64,000 nt of DNA from Schmidtea polychroa (Eukaryota). The notes below the pieces were generated by a model. The model saw only the letters and a list, made by a program, of their open reading frames with translations. It was not told the origin of the DNA and made no database searches. The stretch lies in contig CM097885.1 in assembly GCA_044892525.1 (NCBI GenBank), positions 101,804,001 to 101,868,000 of the forward strand. Reading direction: 5' to 3'. Of this stretch, positions 60,085-64,000 are shown in pieces. Position 1 is the stretch's first letter; each line of letters begins with the position of its first letter. Made by a program: the position numbers and the translations under genes.

Positions 60085-61041
60085 TTGTTGAAAATATTAA
60101 CGCAAATGAAAGGGACAGACGAAGAAGTCGGACGTAAGTTCAAAGTGATAATGAGATTAGAAGCAGAAAGAACTCAAGAGAAAGCGAAAAGAACCGGGAA
60201 GTGGAAAAAGTGGATGAACCTCAGACGAAACGATGACAGCGACAACGACAATGATGATTTCGACGACGATGATAATAACCAAGGAGGAGCAATGCTGATA
60301 AACAAAAATACAGCCACTTGGGAAAACGAAAAAATGAAACCATGGGGATCACCATATTTACAGGCATCAACTAATGGACCAATGCGACGACCAGGAACAA
60401 TGAGAGAACGGATAAGAATGGGAACCGGAAGATTACCCATACCAAACATTTATCCAACAGCTTATGAACCAAATTGGGCAGCAATGGATCCAACGATGAT
60501 CAAACAGGCTAAAAGTGTAGAACAAGAAGTTGAGACACGAACGATTGCGGTATTGCAGACACCAGCCGGACCCTCATTAAACATCACGGTTGAAGTAAAC
60601 GGAATAGAGATGGATGCAATGATCGATACCGGAGCAAACTTTTCGGCAATAAATATGAATATGCTACCAGGTAGACTATGGCCATGCATTGAAGAGACAA
60701 CCATGGATGTAATAACATGCAGCAAACAATCCATAGCGACAGTAGGAAGAGTATGGTCAACGATTGAATATAGAAGGGTTAAAGTTACAACGTACCTCGC
60801 AGTCATTAGACAGCTAAGCGTATCATGTATAATTGGAACAGATGTAATGCCGGAATTGTTGAAAGAAATTGTGATTGATTTGAGTTCCATGAAATTAAAA
60901 GATAAAACGGGACAGATATGCACAATGAGAACAGAAGTGAGATGTTCCGAAAAAATGATAATACCAGCACGTACCCAGACCATATGTTATGTCAAAGTCG
61001 ATAATGAAGCCAAAGGAAATATGATATGTATATTTTTGTAG
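60085..61041 (+). CDS. pro: Linker + retropepsin aspartic protease (DTG at 60625), in frame with env across a single TGA
   Basis: VEVNGIEMDAMIDTGANFSAI...SCIIGTDVM, followed by the Gypsy-type post-protease spacer IIPARTQTIC. Confidence 0.9.
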   Translation: MLKILTQMKGTDEEVGRKFKVIMRLEAERTQEKAKRTGKWKKWMNLRRNDDSDNDNDDFDDDDNNQGGAMLINKNTATWENEKMKPWGSPYLQASTNGPMRRPGTMRERIRMGTGRLPIPNIYPTAYEPNWAAMDPTMIKQAKSVEQEVETRTIAVLQTPAGPSLNITVEVNGIEMDAMIDTGANFSAINMNMLPGRLWPCIEETTMDVITCSKQSIATVGRVWSTIEYRRVKVTTYLAVIRQLSVSCIIGTDVMPELLKEIVIDLSSMKLKDKTGQICTMRTEVRCSEKMIIPARTQTICYVKVDNEAKGNMICIFL

Positions 61042-61043
61042 AT

Positions 61044-61802
61044 ATGAATTATTTAAAAGAAAGAGAATCAACGAGTAACGAAGAAAGAAGGTCAAACGAC
61101 CAACCCGAACAAAGCCAGAATACGATACCAATCAAACAAGAACCGATGAAATATTATAGTAATAAATGGAGAGTCAGCAAGAAGTTGTTCAGAACAAAAA
61201 TTGCAAATCAAAATGAGAGATTACGAGATTGAGACAGCAAATTGTTCAATCAAGGCGATTAATAAACACTGTCAAGCAAGAAATTTTGAGGGAAATAAAT
61301 TAATCGAAACGAAAAGAGACAGAAAATAAAAACCTGAGACAAGAGATAGTAGAGTTGAGAGCTCAGGCAGTAATCGAAGACTATTGGAAATCAGAAACAA
61401 GGAAGTTGAAATATCGATCAAGTTTATATCGAACAGTTAGAAGCACAATATGCTTATGCAAAAACGAGAATGCGAGAAAGTAAAAAAGTCGAGAAGAGAA
61501 ATGCAAAACTCAAGGAAGAGATCAAGGAACAAAGAGAGAAAACAGAAAAACAATGGAAGTTGAAGGAAAATTACCAGAGAATTTTAAATCAAAAACGACG
61601 AAGCATGCAGACACTGCAGACGACAATGACCATCAAGCAGAGAAAATGGAAAAGTAAAGAGAAGCAATTACAAGAAATACCAGAATTAAAGAAACAGTTG
61701 GTAGCAATGCAACTCGAAATAATAAGAATGAACGAGTTGAGTAAAAGACGAGCACCTGAACCTCCCGTAAAATTAAGGGATGAGGTCGGTGACTCCCAAT
61801 AA
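61044..61802 (+). pseudogene. Disrupted coiled-coil accessory ORF
   Basis: K/E/Q-rich heptad-like segments in the fragments 61026..61232 and 61470..61802. Confidence 0.55.
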
Positions 61803-61861
61803 ATGAGACAAAATAACTGTGTAAATAAATTGTAAATAAAGCCAAGTAATTATTGTTAAAG

Positions 61862-62710
61862 ATGAGAAGCCTAATCGTGGTGATGATTATAATGACAATG
61901 CCAAGAATCCTGCAAGCTGAAGAATCAATGATCAGATGCCAGAAAGAATACCCATACCGAAGAGAAGATAGCACCTGTAGTAGCTTTTAATCGATCTGCG
62001 AAAAACCCAATGAGGAATGCGAACAAATCAACTCGCAATGTTCGCAATGTCCACAAACAACAGAAAATTCGATGGAAGTGCAAATGGCTCAGACAATAAA
62101 AACAAGCTTGGAACAAGAAATGAAAGTTATCAGAACCCAGATAGCAACATTTGCCAAACAATGTCAAAGCCAGAAATCAAAGAAAGAATCCCAAACAGAT
62201 CCAGCCGCAATGAGAATGATAAAAACATTAGAGGAAATAAAACAACAAGTAATAACAGCCGCCGATGGACGTTCAAGCAATTGCGGAATGGTAGTGAAAT
62301 CTTTAGAGGAAATGAAAGGAAAAATAACTTCCATCATCAAAGAGGAACCCAGCATTAAAAAGGAAGTGACGAAAAACTTGAAAGAAATAACAAGAGAAAT
62401 CTTAACTGCCATGAACAGGAATCCGATGAACTCCGAAAAGATGATTAAAACCCTTGAAGAAATTAAAAAGAAAGTTGTCAGCTCGGAAGAAAACAAACTC
62501 GACAAACCCGAAAAGTCGGAAATTGTAGATATAACCCAAGTGAGAGAAACTATGAACAAACTCAAAGTAATAGAACCAAGAGAGTCTGAACCCCTCACAA
62601 AATCGATCCTATTAGCGGCGAGCCTAATGGTAAATATCACCATACTGAGCCTGATTGCACTCAAACCCAATTTCAGCAAAGAAATAAACAAAACCTTCAA
62701 ACTAAAATAA
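61862..62710 (+). pseudogene. Accessory type-I membrane-protein-like ORF: signal peptide, Cys-rich head, repeated coiled-coil stalk, C-terminal hydrophobic anchor (one in-frame TAA)
   Basis: MRSLIVVMIIMTMPRILQA-EESMIRCQKEYPYRREDSTCSSF*SICEKPNEECEQINSQCSQC is in frame with 62072..62710, which contains SILLAASLMVNITILSLIAL. Confidence 0.65.
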
Positions 62711-64000
62711 CAATCACGAAGTATTCGTATCCCAATAGAAGAACCACTAGTCCAAACAACGAGCCAACCAAGATATTTCAAATCTTCTCCAAACATTGAA
62801 ACCAGAGCCGTCATCGAGACGAGATCCCGAACAACAGAATTCTACTAATGTGACATCACGACAGTATAAACATTTCGTGACATTATAAAACATTACCAAA
62901 CAATTGTGATTTCAAAGACTGAGACTGATTATGATTAATACCATTAATTCTTGAGCATGATAATTTAATGTGGATCGACCTCGGTCGTTCTTTTTCTTCA
63001 TCTTTCAACCCATCTGTAAAATGTAGTGTAATAGTAACATTTTTATGTATGTGGGTATTGAGGTCACGACCCTGTAGCTCGTAGACCCAATTTGCATGTA
63101 GGCACTTGTAATATAGTGCAAGTATTCTGAAAAATAATCTTATTCATCTTCTGATTTAAATTGCGGGTCGCAATTTTATGGGCCCCCGAGTGTTTTATGT
63201 TGGGCTAGAACTGACTTCTAGACCCAAACTATAATTGTGACTGGAATGCGTAGGTACATAACATGAAAAAAGCAAAAAGTATAGTTAAATATTAAAAATA
63301 CACCAAATAAACAATATTAATTAAAAGAGAAAACAACAAAAAATATAAACACAGAAATTAAATAAAATTATACAAAAGCAAAAAGTTATGCAAAATCTAA
63401 CTCAAAAATAACCAAATAAACATAGAATTACAAAAAACCAAACTCGAATAACTTAAAAAATGGTAAAAACAGTAAAAAATTCCAGAAAAACCCAGAACAT
63501 TCCATAAAAATGGCGACGATCATCACAAAAGCTACCTTGAACAATAAAATATTAGAAAAATAACTAAATTAGTAATAAAAATAAAAATTCGTAAAAAGAA
63601 ATTCAGAAAAACGTCAATTAAATAAAAACTAAATTAAAAGTAATATGGAATGTTCTGGAACCGTTCCAAATCCATCATGGACGTAGAATTAATGAAAAAT
63701 TATTAAAAATTTAAAATTTAAAAATAAAAACAAAAATTATGGCATAAAAATTGCCATTAAAAATATCAAAATCGCGAAATAGAAAATTCTGGAATAAAAG
63801 GAATTCGAGTTTGTTTTAATGCATCAATACATACACATGTACAAAATAGGTATATATACTGACGCATTTCAGTCACAAAATCAATCACTTTATGCCAAAT
63901 TCATTTTTTTGATTTTGTGAAAACTCTTTGGGAAAAATCTTAATAGTAAGGAGTACTTTATTTACATTATAATATGTTTTTATAATATGTTTTATATGAT

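Larger units (their letters stand above)
46843..62846 (+). mobile_element. Giant Metaviridae-like LTR retroelement (Burro-like), decayed; RT/RH/IN not seen
   Basis: 5' LTR, PBS, a 3.6-kb leader with a RING ORF and repeats, a ~8.4-kb interrupted polyprotein, and downstream accessory ORFs. The right boundary is approximate. Confidence 0.85.

Noticed and set aside
52539-60983. Numerous minus-strand ORFs opposite the giant polyprotein
   Set aside because: They are expected antisense shadows of an A-rich coding strand, with no domain motifs.
62849-63263. Possible TG...CA solo LTR truncating the giant element
   Set aside because: No matching TSD or terminal inverted repeat, and the boundaries are ambiguous.
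63492-63658. 15-bp perfect inverted repeat CCAGAACATTCCATA
   Set aside because: No TSD or element ends identified; likely internal to an unresolved repeat.

Overview
This is AT-rich eukaryotic genomic DNA with N gaps, and almost all of it is transposon-derived. Composition, tiny GTAAAT..TTAG introns, the GPCR type and the element repertoire suggest a flatworm (probably a planarian), but that is inference. (1) 1-8797: right part of a Polinton/Maverick (adintovirus-like) element. It carries an integrase chromodomain tail, penton, a small core-like protein, hexon, protease, a spliced acidic poly-SIM-like gene missed by the ORF track, a core-deleted protein-primed PolB, and a terminus ending ...CATCTACT. 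Two older relics of related elements lie at 8830-9450 and 27870-30387. (2) One intact host gene: a single-exon rhodopsin-class peptide-receptor-like GPCR (25543-26673, -). (3) Decayed Gypsy, hAT and Tigger elements plus hAT- and piggyBac-type MITEs. (4) 41441-62846: apparently nested LTR elements, ending in a giant Metaviridae-like element resembling planarian Burro elements. It has an ORF-bearing ~2.1 kb LTR, a tRNA-Pro PBS and an IAP-type RING ORF in the leader. Its disrupted polyprotein reads Gag(3xCCHC)-Ubl-Ubl-TRAF-C-Ubl-Bcl-2-like-chuvirus-type Env-protease, followed by accessory ORFs, with no RT/RNase H/integrase in view. All domain calls are by-eye motif recognition; no database searches were run.
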